DNA of 64,000 nucleotides, taken from NCBI GenBank assembly GCA_964645585.1, contig CAZYAN010000009.1, positions 18,480-82,479 on the forward strand. The letters are read 5' to 3'. The DNA comes from an uncultured Opitutales bacterium (GTDB lineage Bacteria; Verrucomicrobiota; Verrucomicrobiia; Opitutales; T3Sed10-336). How positions within the stretch are numbered: the stretch's first letter is position 1; every line of letters starts with the position of its first letter. This document shows positions 1-10,300 of this stretch, piece by piece. The position numbers and the translations under genes were made by a program. The notes beneath the pieces were generated by a model. That model was given only the letters and a program-made list of their open reading frames with translations, did no database searches and was not told the DNA's origin.

Positions 1-538
1 TGAGACCGCCATAAACCGCCCACGCTCCCGCCACCAGACCGAGCACCGCAATCGAAAAGAAGAGGTCCCACCCAAACAGCGCCTGTAACGCAAGGCCGCC
101 GCCATAAAGCACCGCCGCCAGAAACGCGACGATGTTGCTGATGATCGTCACAATCGCGAAAAAAGTGCGGAGGGTAAAATTGAACCGGCGTTCGAGAAAC
201 TCCGGAACCGTGAATACTTTCGTCGCCAGCAAGAACGGAATGAAAAACCAGATCAGCAGCGTGAATGCCTGCACATTGCCCCACTCCGCCATCGCCACAC
301 TGATTCCGAAAACAAAGGCGGCGCCGACCATCCCCATAAAATGCTCGGTACTGATGTTCGAACCGATAAACGACGTTCCGACGACATACCAAGGGAGACC
401 GCGGCCGGCTAAAAAATAATCCTCCGCCTTCTCCTTCTTCTTGCGCCCAACCCACATCCCGACGGCGCACAAACCTGCGATATACGCGGCGAATACCACG
501 TAATCCCAAAAATGGAGGGAAAACCCTTCGAGCCTCAT
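1..538 (-). CDS. sodium:solute symporter (SSS family), N-terminal part; the gene continues beyond the left edge of the window
   Basis: Absent from the ORF track because it runs off the edge. The reverse complement from ATG at 538-536 reads MRLEGFSLHFWDYVVFAAYIAGLCAVGMWVGRKKKEKAEDYFLAGRGLPWYVVGTSFIGSNISTEHFMGMVG... This is a typical SSS/SGLT N-terminus (TM1, basic loop, YFLAGR, SNISTEHF). The listed + ORF 132..419 is its antisense shadow. Confidence 0.75.
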   Translation of the reverse strand, partial: MRLEGFSLHFWDYVVFAAYIAGLCAVGMWVGRKKKEKAEDYFLAGRGLPWYVVGTSFIGSNISTEHFMGMVGAAFVFGISVAMAEWGNVQAFTLLIWFFIPFLLATKVFTVPEFLERRFNFTLRTFFAIVTIISNIVAFLAAVLYGGGLALQALFGWDLFFSIAVLGLVAGAWAVYGGL

Positions 539-749
539 AAAAATTCGATCAAGGAAAGAAGGCCGGAGCCGCGCCCATCCCCACAAGGCGCCGCAAGAAC
601 TCCAGTCGTCCGAAACTCTCCTGCTCAGGTGTTCTGGAGGCAAGGGGGCATTGTCGCGTTTTGCAAGCCATAAATTCCAGATTTTGTATACATTTCCAAT
701 TGATCTTTCGTCAAAGGCATGGCAGGGTTGAATCGATTTTCAATCAAAA

Positions 750-2171
750 ATGGCCATCGAAAATAACAATCTCACACAACAAAAAACAGCCGGATCCACC
801 CGGGTAGTTCAGAATAACCAACAATGGATTCCAGGGGGCGTCGTCTCCCTGAACCGCAAGGTCGAGCCGAACCTTTGCTTTTCACGGGGCCGCGGCAGCC
901 GTGTGTGGGATGTCGATGGAAACGAATACATTGACTACCAGGCCGCCTTCTCCGCCTACTTCCTTGGCCACAACGACCCGGACATCAATGCCGCGGTCCG
1001 CAAGGCGATTGATGAAGATCACGTCCTGATGGGCGCCGGTCCGACGGAGCGGGAGGGCGAACTCGCCGAGCTTATTTGCCGACATGTTCCTTCGGTTGAG
1101 CGTGTCCAACTTACCAATACCGGCTCCGAGGCAACCTACCACGCAATACGGATTGCACGGGCTCACACTGGCCATGACGACATCATCATCGTCCAAGGCG
1201 GTTACAACGGCTGGCACAACGATGTTGCCGCCAACGTCATCAGCAGCCTTGACGCGGTCGGTCCGCGCGTTTCCCCGGGCGAGTATCCGTTTGACGCGAT
1301 TTCGGCTGGCATTCCCGATGTCCAGAAGCGGTATGTTCACGTCGTCAATTACAACGACCTCGACTCGGTGCGCCACGTCCTGCGGCGCCACAGGATCGCC
1401 TGCATGATTCTCGAGCCGGTCCTGCAGAACATCGGGATCGTCCATCCGCAACGCGGTTACCTGCAAGGTTTGCGCAAGCTGGCCGATGAATTTGGATTTC
1501 TCCTGATCTTCGACGAAGTTAAAACCGGCTTTCGCCACGCTCTTGGCGGATACCAGAGTCTCTGCGGCGTCCAGCCGGATCTCTGCACGTTCGGAAAAGC
1601 GATCGCTAACGGCTATCCAATCGGCGTGATCGGCGGCCGCGCGGATCTGATGGACTATTTCGCTCACCGCGATCCCCAAAAGCGAGTGTTGATCGCCGGC
1701 ACCTACAATGCCCATCCAATCGCTCTCGCCGCCGCGATTGCGACGATCACAAAGCTGGCAGAAACCGACTCCCCAACGGTCTACACGCACACCTCAGAAC
1801 TGGGGAAAATGCTCGAAGACGGGGTCAATTCGATCCTGAGCAAATATGATCGCCCCTTCCATTTTGCGCGCCAAGGATCAGCCTTCTGTCTCTATTTCAT
1901 GGACCGTGCCCCGCGCGATTTCCACGACATCGCTGAAAACCACGACTTCGCCTTCGACGCGACGCTGCGGCGTGCCTTGATTGAGGAGGGAATCTACCAG
2001 TTCCCTCTTCCAATTAAACAGGGAAGCATCTCCTACGCCCATACCAAGAGCGACATCGAAGTCACCTTGGAGAAGCTGGAAGCCGTCCTTGCTCGACTTG
2101 AGCAACCAACTGCTGGAAGAGCTGGACAGAAGACGGTCCAGCCCTCCCGCACGGCGTCCATTTCCAAGTGA
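750..2171 (+). CDS. class-III PLP-dependent aminotransferase (glutamate-1-semialdehyde 2,1-aminomutase-like)
   Basis: 473-aa ORF. GSEATYHAIRIARAHTG, DEVKTGFR and the lysine context FGKAIANGYPIG are class-III aminotransferase/GSA-aminomutase signatures. The substrate cannot be assigned from sequence. Confidence 0.85.
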   Translation: MAIENNNLTQQKTAGSTRVVQNNQQWIPGGVVSLNRKVEPNLCFSRGRGSRVWDVDGNEYIDYQAAFSAYFLGHNDPDINAAVRKAIDEDHVLMGAGPTEREGELAELICRHVPSVERVQLTNTGSEATYHAIRIARAHTGHDDIIIVQGGYNGWHNDVAANVISSLDAVGPRVSPGEYPFDAISAGIPDVQKRYVHVVNYNDLDSVRHVLRRHRIACMILEPVLQNIGIVHPQRGYLQGLRKLADEFGFLLIFDEVKTGFRHALGGYQSLCGVQPDLCTFGKAIANGYPIGVIGGRADLMDYFAHRDPQKRVLIAGTYNAHPIALAAAIATITKLAETDSPTVYTHTSELGKMLEDGVNSILSKYDRPFHFARQGSAFCLYFMDRAPRDFHDIAENHDFAFDATLRRALIEEGIYQFPLPIKQGSISYAHTKSDIEVTLEKLEAVLARLEQPTAGRAGQKTVQPSRTASISK

Positions 2172-2348
2172 CAGGCCGCACTGATCGTCAGCGCATCACG
2201 CTGGAAGCAGCGGGAACATCGGACCAGCGACGACGTTTCACCTCCAGCTGGCTGCTATTCGTTAATCTCGCCCGCTTGCCTGAGTTGACCAGCATGCGGG
2301 CGACCCGTTCTCTCTGGCGCTCCGATTTTTGTAGCCTCCATTTTCCTC

Positions 2349-3707
2349 GTGAACGAGGATGGAGGAATGAGGGTCAGGCGAATCCTATTCCTGGCGATGA
2401 GCGGCGTGCGGATTTACAACAAACGCCTTCTCGACTTGGGATTGACTCTGCCCGGTTTTGTCGAGCGCGGCAAAACGATCGCCGGGCTTCCCAGTCTCGG
2501 CCTGCTCACCTTAGCCGCCCACACACCTGCGGATTGGGAGATTGCCTACCAAGAGTTGGACGACCTTCCAGCGGATGCAGGAATTCAGATCGCGCAAGAG
2601 GGGTTTTCCATTGTCGCCATCTCGGCGTTGACCGCTCGCGTTCAGGATGCCTACCGTCTAGCCGACCAGCTTCGGAAAGCTGGAATTACTGTGATAATCG
2701 GTGGTCTCCACGCCAGTGCGCTGCCTGGTGAAGCCGCCGCCCATGCCGACATTGTAGTCCGCGGAGAGGGAGAGCTTGTTTGGAAACAGGTCTTGGCGGA
2801 TTGGGAGGCGGGGCGGGCTCGCCGGATCTACGACGCCCGCTTGTTCAATGATCGCACCGATCCTTTTCGATCGCCGGAACTCCCGATCCCTCGGTACGAT
2901 TTGCTGGACCTGGGACAATATAATCGAATCACGTTGCAAACCACACGAGGCTGCCCGCTCGATTGCTCATTCTGTGCCGCTTCCAGATTGATCAGCCCCT
3001 ACCGAAAAAAGCCCCCGGCACAGATCCGGCGCGAACTGGAGGCCATCCTCGATCGCTGGAACCGCCCCTTCATTGAGCTCGCCGATGACAACACCTTCGT
3101 AGACAAAGCCTGGAGCCGTCAGTTGGTTGAGGTCTTCACCGATTATCCGATCAAGTGGTTTACGGAAACGGACATCTCGCTCGCGGATGACCGAAAACTT
3201 CTCGAACAGCTCAGTACATCCGGCTGTGCTCAGGTTTTAATCGGACTGGAATCAGCCAACGCCGCATCCCTCAACTCTCTGGATACCCGCCATTGGAAAG
3301 CCCGGCGATCCCAAAACGTACGCGATCGTATTCGTATTATTCAGAATCACGGAATTACCGTGAATGGATGCTTTGTCGTCGGGTTTGAAGAGGACGATAT
3401 GAACGGCTTCAGCCAAACACTCGATTATATCGATTCACTGGAGCTCGCGGAGGTGCAAGTTACCGTTCTCACTCCGTTCCCCGGAACGCGGCTCAGACAG
3501 CAACTGGAATACGAGAACCGTATTCTGCCGACGGTAACATGGAGCCACTATACGCTTTTCGATGTCACCTACCGCCCGGCTCGCCTGAGCGTCTCTGAAT
3601 TGGAAGCCGGCTTTGCCTGGCTGATCTCAGAAGTTTACTCCAAGCAAAGGGTTCGTCATCGTCAATCGATCATCAAAGACTGCTTAGCCGCCCGCACTCC
3701 ATCATGA
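2349..3707 (+). CDS. B12-binding-domain radical SAM protein
   Basis: 452-aa ORF with GTG at 2349; an alternative ATG at 2367 is preceded by GAGGA. The N-terminal part is a cobalamin-binding-type Rossmann region (LPSLGLLTLAAH, VIIGGLHASALP). The radical-SAM cluster motif is TTRGCPLDCSFCAA (CX3CX2C). Confidence 0.85.
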   Translation: MNEDGGMRVRRILFLAMSGVRIYNKRLLDLGLTLPGFVERGKTIAGLPSLGLLTLAAHTPADWEIAYQELDDLPADAGIQIAQEGFSIVAISALTARVQDAYRLADQLRKAGITVIIGGLHASALPGEAAAHADIVVRGEGELVWKQVLADWEAGRARRIYDARLFNDRTDPFRSPELPIPRYDLLDLGQYNRITLQTTRGCPLDCSFCAASRLISPYRKKPPAQIRRELEAILDRWNRPFIELADDNTFVDKAWSRQLVEVFTDYPIKWFTETDISLADDRKLLEQLSTSGCAQVLIGLESANAASLNSLDTRHWKARRSQNVRDRIRIIQNHGITVNGCFVVGFEEDDMNGFSQTLDYIDSLELAEVQVTVLTPFPGTRLRQQLEYENRILPTVTWSHYTLFDVTYRPARLSVSELEAGFAWLISEVYSKQRVRHRQSIIKDCLAARTPS

Positions 3708-4414
3708 ACGACCGTCAGCCTGCCCGCACCGTTTTCTTTAGCTTGTGGATGCGCCTTCTCTTTTTCCGGGCATCGCGTGAGGATTACAACACCCTGCGCC
3801 GCGGTCATTTTTGGGCGGGCCTTTTGATCACCTGGCTGGTCGGAATTGGCCGCTATTGGGACGATCCCCGCGCCGAGCCGCTGCAAATTCTCGGGGCCGG
3901 GTCAGTGATTTATATCTTCGTGCTCGCCGCGATTCTTTGGATCATTTTTAAGCCCGCGGCCCCAAAGCAGTTTTCCTATCTCCATATCCTGACGTTCATC
4001 GCCCTGACGTCGCCCCCCGCTGTCATTTATGCAATTCCAATCGAAAAGTGGGCGGATCTGGCAACGGCAAATAAGCTCAATCTGATTTCACTCGGAATCG
4101 TCGCGACGTGGCGCGTCGGTCTCCTGTTCCACTACTTGACCGTCCATGGTCGGCTCGATGGTCTGCGAACGTTTATCTGCGGCACGATGCCGCTCGCTGT
4201 GATCTTCGTAGCTTTACTTTCCCTGAACCTGCATCACGTGGTTTTCGATATCATGGGAGGAATCCGCGAAGCCGACTCCAGCTCCCAAGACGCCGCCTAC
4301 GCAATCCTGTTCTCCCTGTCCGTCCTCGCAATTCCCCTTTCAGGTTTATCGACGCTGCTCTGGCTCCTGATGCTTTTCAGCCGTCCTAAAGAATCGGATA
4401 CAAAACGGGGGTGA
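3704..4414 (+). CDS. polytopic membrane protein, family not recognised
   Basis: 236 aa. The start overlaps the radical-SAM stop (ATGA at 3704-3707), suggesting co-translation. It has several hydrophobic helices (AGLLITWLVGIG, VIYIFVLAAILWIIF, MPLAVIFVALLSL, ILFSLSVLAIPLSGLSTLLWLLMLF). Confidence 0.6.
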   Translation: MNDRQPARTVFFSLWMRLLFFRASREDYNTLRRGHFWAGLLITWLVGIGRYWDDPRAEPLQILGAGSVIYIFVLAAILWIIFKPAAPKQFSYLHILTFIALTSPPAVIYAIPIEKWADLATANKLNLISLGIVATWRVGLLFHYLTVHGRLDGLRTFICGTMPLAVIFVALLSLNLHHVVFDIMGGIREADSSSQDAAYAILFSLSVLAIPLSGLSTLLWLLMLFSRPKESDTKRG

Positions 4415-4424
4415 AGGAACCCCC
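4398..4424 (-). terminator. candidate intrinsic terminator at the convergent junction, downstream of the giant-gene operon
   Basis: The hairpin GGGGGT(4407-4412)/ACCCCC(4419-4424) overlaps the stop of the + gene. On the minus strand it is followed by CGTTTTGT. The stem is short, so this is weak. Confidence 0.35.
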
Positions 4425-4448
4425 ATCCCCTGATGCACGTGACCTGGT

Positions 4449-6368
4449 CTACCGCTGCACGACTCGTAACCGGATAAACCGGCGGTCGGAGGCGTTGAAA
4501 CTCGTCCGGTCGCGGACCGTTACCGTTTCGCTGTCGCCCGCATCGATCACACTGACAACTTCCGTGTAGTCCGACCCCGAGAACCAGTCGGCCAGATTCC
4601 GCGAAACTTCGACGATGTAATCCATGTCGTCCCGGTCCTTCGGTCGGTTAAACGTCAACGATACGTAGCGTTCATTATCGATCTCGACCTCTCCGTAAGC
4701 TGGAAGCAAATGCCGCTGATAGACATCCGGCTCCAAACCGAGCGCATAACGGAGGAGATTCGGAATTCCGTCGACCGGCGATGGCGCACCGGGCGCGTAT
4801 GCCGACAGATCGCCGCTCAAGCCGCCGCCTTTCGCAATCTGCTCGCCCTGCCAGCCGGCAAACGTCGGCGAACCTGTTACCCGCAGACGCATGAATCGCT
4901 TCGATGCTTCCTCCATCGGGGTCAAATCCCGCACGGTCACGTCTTCCCAAGCTCCCGCGTCCTCCACTCGTACAATCTCTGTGTACTCCGGTCCCGACTG
5001 CCAGTCCGCCAATCCACTGCCGACTTCCGCCAGGTAATTCAAATCCGTCGCACCCTTAGCTCGGCGATACCGCACGGTCAGGTAGCGTTTGCCATCTTCG
5101 AAAACTTCCGACCCGGCCGCGGGCAAACCCCGCGGAGATGGATTCGCCCCATTCAAATAGAACGCGTACCGCAACAGGTTCGGCACCCCCCGTCCACCAG
5201 GGTCCGCGCCCGGACCTCCGATTTCCGGATTCTCCCGGTCCGCTTCATCCGGATAGTTGGCCAATTGCCAAAAACTGTAGGCCGTTGAAACGGTAAAGAT
5301 TCCGCTCGCCCCTTCCCGCCCCTCGGCATCCTGAGCCAAAAGCTCATGCTCGCCCGGATCGGTCACAGCAACCAAATACGACGCCAGGACTCCTCCTTCA
5401 AACGGCGTCGTCGTCCCGCCTCCCGAAGCCAAATTTCCGGTGGCGCTCAAATCGACGGATTCATCAAAACTCGGCACCGTCCGCCCTAAACTGTCAACCG
5501 CGCGAATCGTCACCGTAAAGGGAACACCGACGGTCTGCGGCCCGACCGCATCAAACGCGAATCCAGCGACAGTCACCGGTTCATCATCCAGACCGAATAC
5601 GAACACCTCCGCATTCGCCACTTCGAAGACACCGCTGAATGTCAGGGTTGTCTCCGCCGCCGGCCGCGAGTCGGGACTGCCGAACAGCGTCAGCGTATAG
5701 GTGTTCTCCCCGCTCAAGCCGCCCGTCGTGCTCCCGTCAGCACTCACCAGATCGTCCAGGTTGAAAAACGCCTGATTCGGACCAGCCCCGTCGCCAATCA
5801 CCGCGGCAAGTCCGTACGGCGACGATGGCGTCTTCAGCAACAGCGCTCGCCCCGCCAGATCGTCCCTCGAAAACTCGACGAGCAATTGTCGCGATCCCGC
5901 CACAAACCCGGTCTTGTCCGTGGTCCGTACCGAAGGCAATGGTGCCGCATCCGGCAATATCCGTCCCGGTCCCGGCACCGCAAGCGGGGTCTCGTTCACC
6001 TGAAAATAATAGGTTGTCCCCGGCTCGCACCCGCTCACCCGCACGAGCATCGACCCGCTCTCTGCCATCCCTTGTTCCAGCGATCGCCGCACACCGCGAG
6101 CAATGTATCCTTCCGGCAAATACAAATCACCCGTATGCAGCGGAAATGCCTCAATCCGCAAATTGCCGGTGATCTCTATACTTCCACCCTCGTCCGAAAA
6201 AACGGAGATCCCCGGCGTCGCCGCACTCGGTGCCTGCCACAAAACGGAAAATCCATCCGGACTGACCTGCACTACGTGCGGTTCCTCGCCATAAACAGCA
6301 ACCGCGGCAATCGTCGCCAGCCAAACCGGAAGCAGCCATCTTCCAAAAGTTCTTCTCATAACTTTCAC
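4449..6368 (-). CDS. secreted protein with an FN3-like N-terminal domain, an Ig-like middle and a duplicated ~130-aa C-terminal domain
   Basis: 639 aa with signal peptide MKVMRRTFGRWLLPVWLATIAAVAVYG. It has two paralogous C-terminal modules (GVPNLLRYAFYL...RFMRLRV and GIPNLLRYALGL...RFIRLRV). The GTG start overlaps the upstream stop (GTGA at 6365-6368). It is the last gene of the operon. Confidence 0.7.
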   Translation of the reverse strand: MKVMRRTFGRWLLPVWLATIAAVAVYGEEPHVVQVSPDGFSVLWQAPSAATPGISVFSDEGGSIEITGNLRIEAFPLHTGDLYLPEGYIARGVRRSLEQGMAESGSMLVRVSGCEPGTTYYFQVNETPLAVPGPGRILPDAAPLPSVRTTDKTGFVAGSRQLLVEFSRDDLAGRALLLKTPSSPYGLAAVIGDGAGPNQAFFNLDDLVSADGSTTGGLSGENTYTLTLFGSPDSRPAAETTLTFSGVFEVANAEVFVFGLDDEPVTVAGFAFDAVGPQTVGVPFTVTIRAVDSLGRTVPSFDESVDLSATGNLASGGGTTTPFEGGVLASYLVAVTDPGEHELLAQDAEGREGASGIFTVSTAYSFWQLANYPDEADRENPEIGGPGADPGGRGVPNLLRYAFYLNGANPSPRGLPAAGSEVFEDGKRYLTVRYRRAKGATDLNYLAEVGSGLADWQSGPEYTEIVRVEDAGAWEDVTVRDLTPMEEASKRFMRLRVTGSPTFAGWQGEQIAKGGGLSGDLSAYAPGAPSPVDGIPNLLRYALGLEPDVYQRHLLPAYGEVEIDNERYVSLTFNRPKDRDDMDYIVEVSRNLADWFSGSDYTEVVSVIDAGDSETVTVRDRTSFNASDRRFIRLRVVQR

Positions 6369-7303
6369 CTCAGGGATTCACTTCCGCCCAGAACCTCGGC
6401 CTCCAACAAATCCAGCTCCGCCTGGAGGTCCGCGTCGTCACCGAGTCGCCGGTAAAACGAACCGCCCCAGCGGCCGGTTCCCGAACGGCCCCCGTGACGC
6501 AGAATCTCCTCGCCTCCAGCCAGAATCACGACACGTCGATTGCCCGACGCCCGGATCAGTTCCGCCATCCGCTCCGCTCGGCCGTCACCGCTGTCAATCA
6601 AAACCAGCAATCCGTCCTCGGGCCCAATTCCTTCGAGCGCACCGAGGCTTGTCGGTTTCGCGGCGGTCTCTCCGGCCGGGCCGTCCGCGAAAGCCACCCG
6701 GCGAACTTCCGGCTTCGGAACATCCAGAACGCGTGCCTCCGGGAACACCGACCGGAGATCAGTCAATTCCGGCAAACTTGACGCGACCCGGACCGGTCCC
6801 GGTTCGCTCGCCGGCTCACTCACCGGGGGTGCCTCGCGCAAATCCACCAGCACCGCCTCTCGCTGCGCCTTCGCCAACTGCTGGTACGTAATATACGGAA
6901 GGTGCTCGACCGTCATTCCCGCCGGGCGAGTCGTCGGCAGCGCGGCCGATTCCCATGCCGCAATTCCGCCCGCCAACACGCGTGCGCGGATTCCTTCCTT
7001 TTGGTCCAGCAGCAGCATCGCCCCTTCACCCGAAACTCGCCCGAGCCCGTCTCCGTACACCACCACTTCGCCGAGCGGAGGCAGGCCGCGGCGCGCGATC
7101 GCCGGCAATGCCACGTGAATCGCCCCCGGCAAATGCCCTTCCGCGTACTCACGCTCGGTCCGCGCATCGATCAGCGTCAGCTTGTTCCCTTCTTCGAGCT
7201 CCCGGGCCAAATCGGCCGCCGTCACCATTCCCGCACCGTAACCATTCGCTCCGGCCGCAGCGATGCCGGCCGCCATCCAGATCCAAATTCTTTTCACAAC
7301 CAT
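6365..7303 (-). CDS. secreted tandem rhodanese-like domain protein, cysteine-free (predicted non-catalytic)
   Basis: 312 aa with an N-terminal hydrophobic signal. The rhodanese fold motif is LTLIDARTEREYAEGHLPGAIHV...VVVYGDGLGRVS...LAGGIAAWE, with a second degenerate copy (LLVLIDSGDGRAE...VVILAGG). The whole translation contains no Cys. Confidence 0.75.
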   Translation of the reverse strand: MVVKRIWIWMAAGIAAAGANGYGAGMVTAADLARELEEGNKLTLIDARTEREYAEGHLPGAIHVALPAIARRGLPPLGEVVVYGDGLGRVSGEGAMLLLDQKEGIRARVLAGGIAAWESAALPTTRPAGMTVEHLPYITYQQLAKAQREAVLVDLREAPPVSEPASEPGPVRVASSLPELTDLRSVFPEARVLDVPKPEVRRVAFADGPAGETAAKPTSLGALEGIGPEDGLLVLIDSGDGRAERMAELIRASGNRRVVILAGGEEILRHGGRSGTGRWGGSFYRRLGDDADLQAELDLLEAEVLGGSESLR

Positions 7304-7316
7304 GTCGCGAAACCTC

Positions 7317-10300
7317 TTAAAGTTCGGGCCGCCATCCGGTCACCGGTTCGACCATGTCTACAAAAATTACCGCCACTTCAGGAATCGGAAAATCCGGCCC
7401 GGTCAGCAAACCGTTCCGCACTTCAATCGTCTTCCAAAATCCCGACGCCGCATCCAGCATCCGCAGGGCACGCACGTTCTCTGCACCGAGCTGACGCGCC
7501 ATCCGGTGCGCCGTATAGCCTGCCGGGAAACCGGCATAGCCGAGACTCGTCACCCCGTCGCTAAGATCGATTTCTCCCGAAACCGTTCCCAGATCGAGGA
7601 TCCGCCCTTCATCGAAAGAGACCCACAAGAATCCGCCTTCCTGGAGCGTGAAATTCTCACCGCTCGCCGCACCGCCTTCCCAGCTCGCCCGCTCGATCTC
7701 GACCGCGGGCAGCAAGTTCGACACGCGCTCGATCGCCACAACGCCCGCCCGATCCTGCCACGCTTCAAGCAAATTAAACGCGTCTCCATAGCGATCCGCC
7801 AAGGCCGCGGTCACAACCACCGCGTTGTTGTTGTCGAACACCTGCTGCAACGCGGGAATTCCCGCAGTGCGAATCTCCTCGCCGCCATCGGTCGTTTCCT
7901 GCCAGACCAGCTGACCGGCCGCCAGCACCGGACGCGTCTTCGCCGAGATCGTATTCGTCAGCGGAGCCACCCGAAGATTATCCAGGCTCAGCAGCCGGAT
8001 GTTGCTCAAATTCGCCCCGACCGAATCTTCCTCCATCACGACCCAATGGCCAAGCAGGAACGGACGCGTCTCGTTCTCCGGCGAATTCGTCAGGCGGGTT
8101 TCCGTTCCCCGCAGCAAATCCATCCCGTACAGCTCCAGTTGCGTGTGACGGTTGTCCTGCCACACAATCCAGTTTCCAAAAATTTTCGGATGATACTGGC
8201 CGTCCGTGTTGTCGGTGATCCGGCGCGTTTCCCCGGTTTCCAAATCCGCGAAGTAGATTTCGCCCGGCCCAACATCCCGATGGTCCTGCCAAACGATCCG
8301 TCCGGCATGAATATCCAGATCCTGCTGATTCTCGGTGCTCGGATTCACCAGGAAGTTTTCGCCGGTCAAAATGTTAATCGCCCGGATCTGCCACGGCGCC
8401 TGACTGTCGTTCACCGGCCGGCTCTGGAAGGCGATCCATGGCCAATCGATTACCGGCTTGATATCATTTCGTTCCGGACTGCTCGTTACGCGCGATGCCG
8501 GCGCGAATGTATTCAAATCCCGGATCCAAATATCCCAGGCGCCATTCTCGCGCCGTCCCTGCCAGACGACATAACGTCCGTCGGTATACGGATTCTCCTG
8601 GGCGGCCGACCCGGTTGTGATCGGCTGCACCGGTGCCGACGGCGCAGTCAAACGGCGTCCGACAATGTTCCACGATCCTTCTGCCCGGTCCTGCCAGACG
8701 ACCCAGTCGCCCCGCGCGTGCGGTCCGGCAGCGCCCCGGCTCGCGTCCGCAACGGTCGCTTCCCCCGCCGCCAGATTCTGCACCTGAACCAGCTTAGACG
8801 CGTGCGCCACGTTCCCGAGACTGTCCACCAATCGGACGCGCACCACATACCAGCCGGCCGGCGCCAAATTTCCGGCGTCATCCCGGCCGTCCCACAAGAA
8901 GCGGACCGTTTGACCCTGCACGCCAGGGAACGTCGCCGATCGTACCAAGGTCAAACGCGAAAAATCCGAACCGTATTCAGGATCGACAACCCAAGTAACC
9001 GTCGTTGCGTTCTCCGCCTCCTGCCATTCATCCCCGGTTTTCCCGATCAGCGAAACCGTCTGTGTGCCGGGCGTGAGCGCCGACAGCGAGATCGGCTCCG
9101 TCAATGGCGCTTCCGCCCGGAAATATCCGCCGTTGATCGTCCAGCGATATAGATCCGCGCCCGCCGACTCCACCGTCAACGTCACCGACCGCGCCGCGGT
9201 TGGACTCGGCGGAACTCCGGCCACGGAAAACGCCGGCGCCGAAGCGTCCACCTTCCACGTAACCTCCAGCGCCTCGCTTTCGGGCAAATACCCGCCGTGT
9301 ATCGAACGGCCCAATACGGCCACCGTCACATCCCCTGACAATCCGTCCAGGACGAGCTTCTCAGCAACCGGCCGTTCCTCGGACCACGTGCCCCCATTCA
9401 GCCGGTAACGGTAAAAATCGACGTGACTGCCGCTCACCGTCAAACTGGCCGATCCCGATGGCGCCGGCGACGGGGGCACTCCGGCGATCGTCGGCCAAGC
9501 GATCACGCCCGCGAAGATATCGATTTGCGCATCGACCGCGACCGCGCCTGGGGCCGCGGTCACCGAAATCTCCGCTCCGTCCGGACGTACCGACAGCGTT
9601 TCTCCGCTGTGCAGCAGCGAAACTTCCTCCGAATCGAAGTCCGCGATTAAACCGGCCTCACCCGGCAAAACCACAATCGCCGTTTTCTCCGCTTCCCGGT
9701 TCCCCGCGATATCCTCCGCGTAATACGTGATCTGGTGTTCGCCTGGTTCACGGATCGTAAACGGCAAAGCCGGACGGAAGGCTTCGTCACCGATTTTATA
9801 ATACATGCTCACCGGACTTTCATCTTCCGCGATAAAGAAGATTTCCGTCTCCCGGTTCACATAATATTTTCCGTCGGCCTCAAAGACTTCGCCGGCAAAA
9901 TGGATTTCCGTAACCGGTGGTTCGTTGTCGAGCCCGGATTCTTTGTACTCGACCGTGTATTCGTAGGTCGCGCCGAGATCGACGAGGTCGAACAGATTCA
10001 AGTAGGTCAGCTTTCGGTTGCTGCCCGGTTCATAACGGATATTCGTCCAGACGTTCCGCCCGTTGATCACTTTTCCATCGGAGCGAACAACTCGCTCAAT
10101 CGCGAAACGCGCCTGCCCCGGATCGTCGATGCGCACAAATCCCCATCCTTCAAAATCAGCAGTCACGTCCATCGTAAACTTCCGGTCCGGTCCGATTCCC
10201 GACGTGACAGTGACCTGCGTTAAATGATTCACCGGCGTCACATTCCCTTCGCTTTCATACATCGCGTCGGGAATCAGGGCCTCATTCCGGTCGGTCACCG

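Noticed and set aside
132-419. 95-aa plus-strand ORF at the left edge.
   Set aside because: It is the shadow of the minus-strand sodium:solute symporter fragment (1-538), whose translation shows canonical SSS motifs.
750-3707. Possible hopanoid side-chain genes (HpnO-like aminotransferase plus B12 radical SAM).
   Set aside because: No squalene-hopene cyclase, HpnG/H or other hopanoid genes are nearby. The radical SAM N-terminus did not resemble what I recall of HpnJ/HpnP. The evidence is too weak to claim this.
7263-9152. Long plus-strand ORFs antisense to the giant-gene operon. Examples are 7263..9152 (629 aa), 13190..14182, 21323..22387, 23570..24370, 25841..27322 and 27365..28207.
   Set aside because: They are Arg/Pro/His-rich with no recognisable motifs. 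They lie exactly antisense to minus-strand ORFs that carry many clear domain signatures. These are typical shadow ORFs of high-GC DNA.
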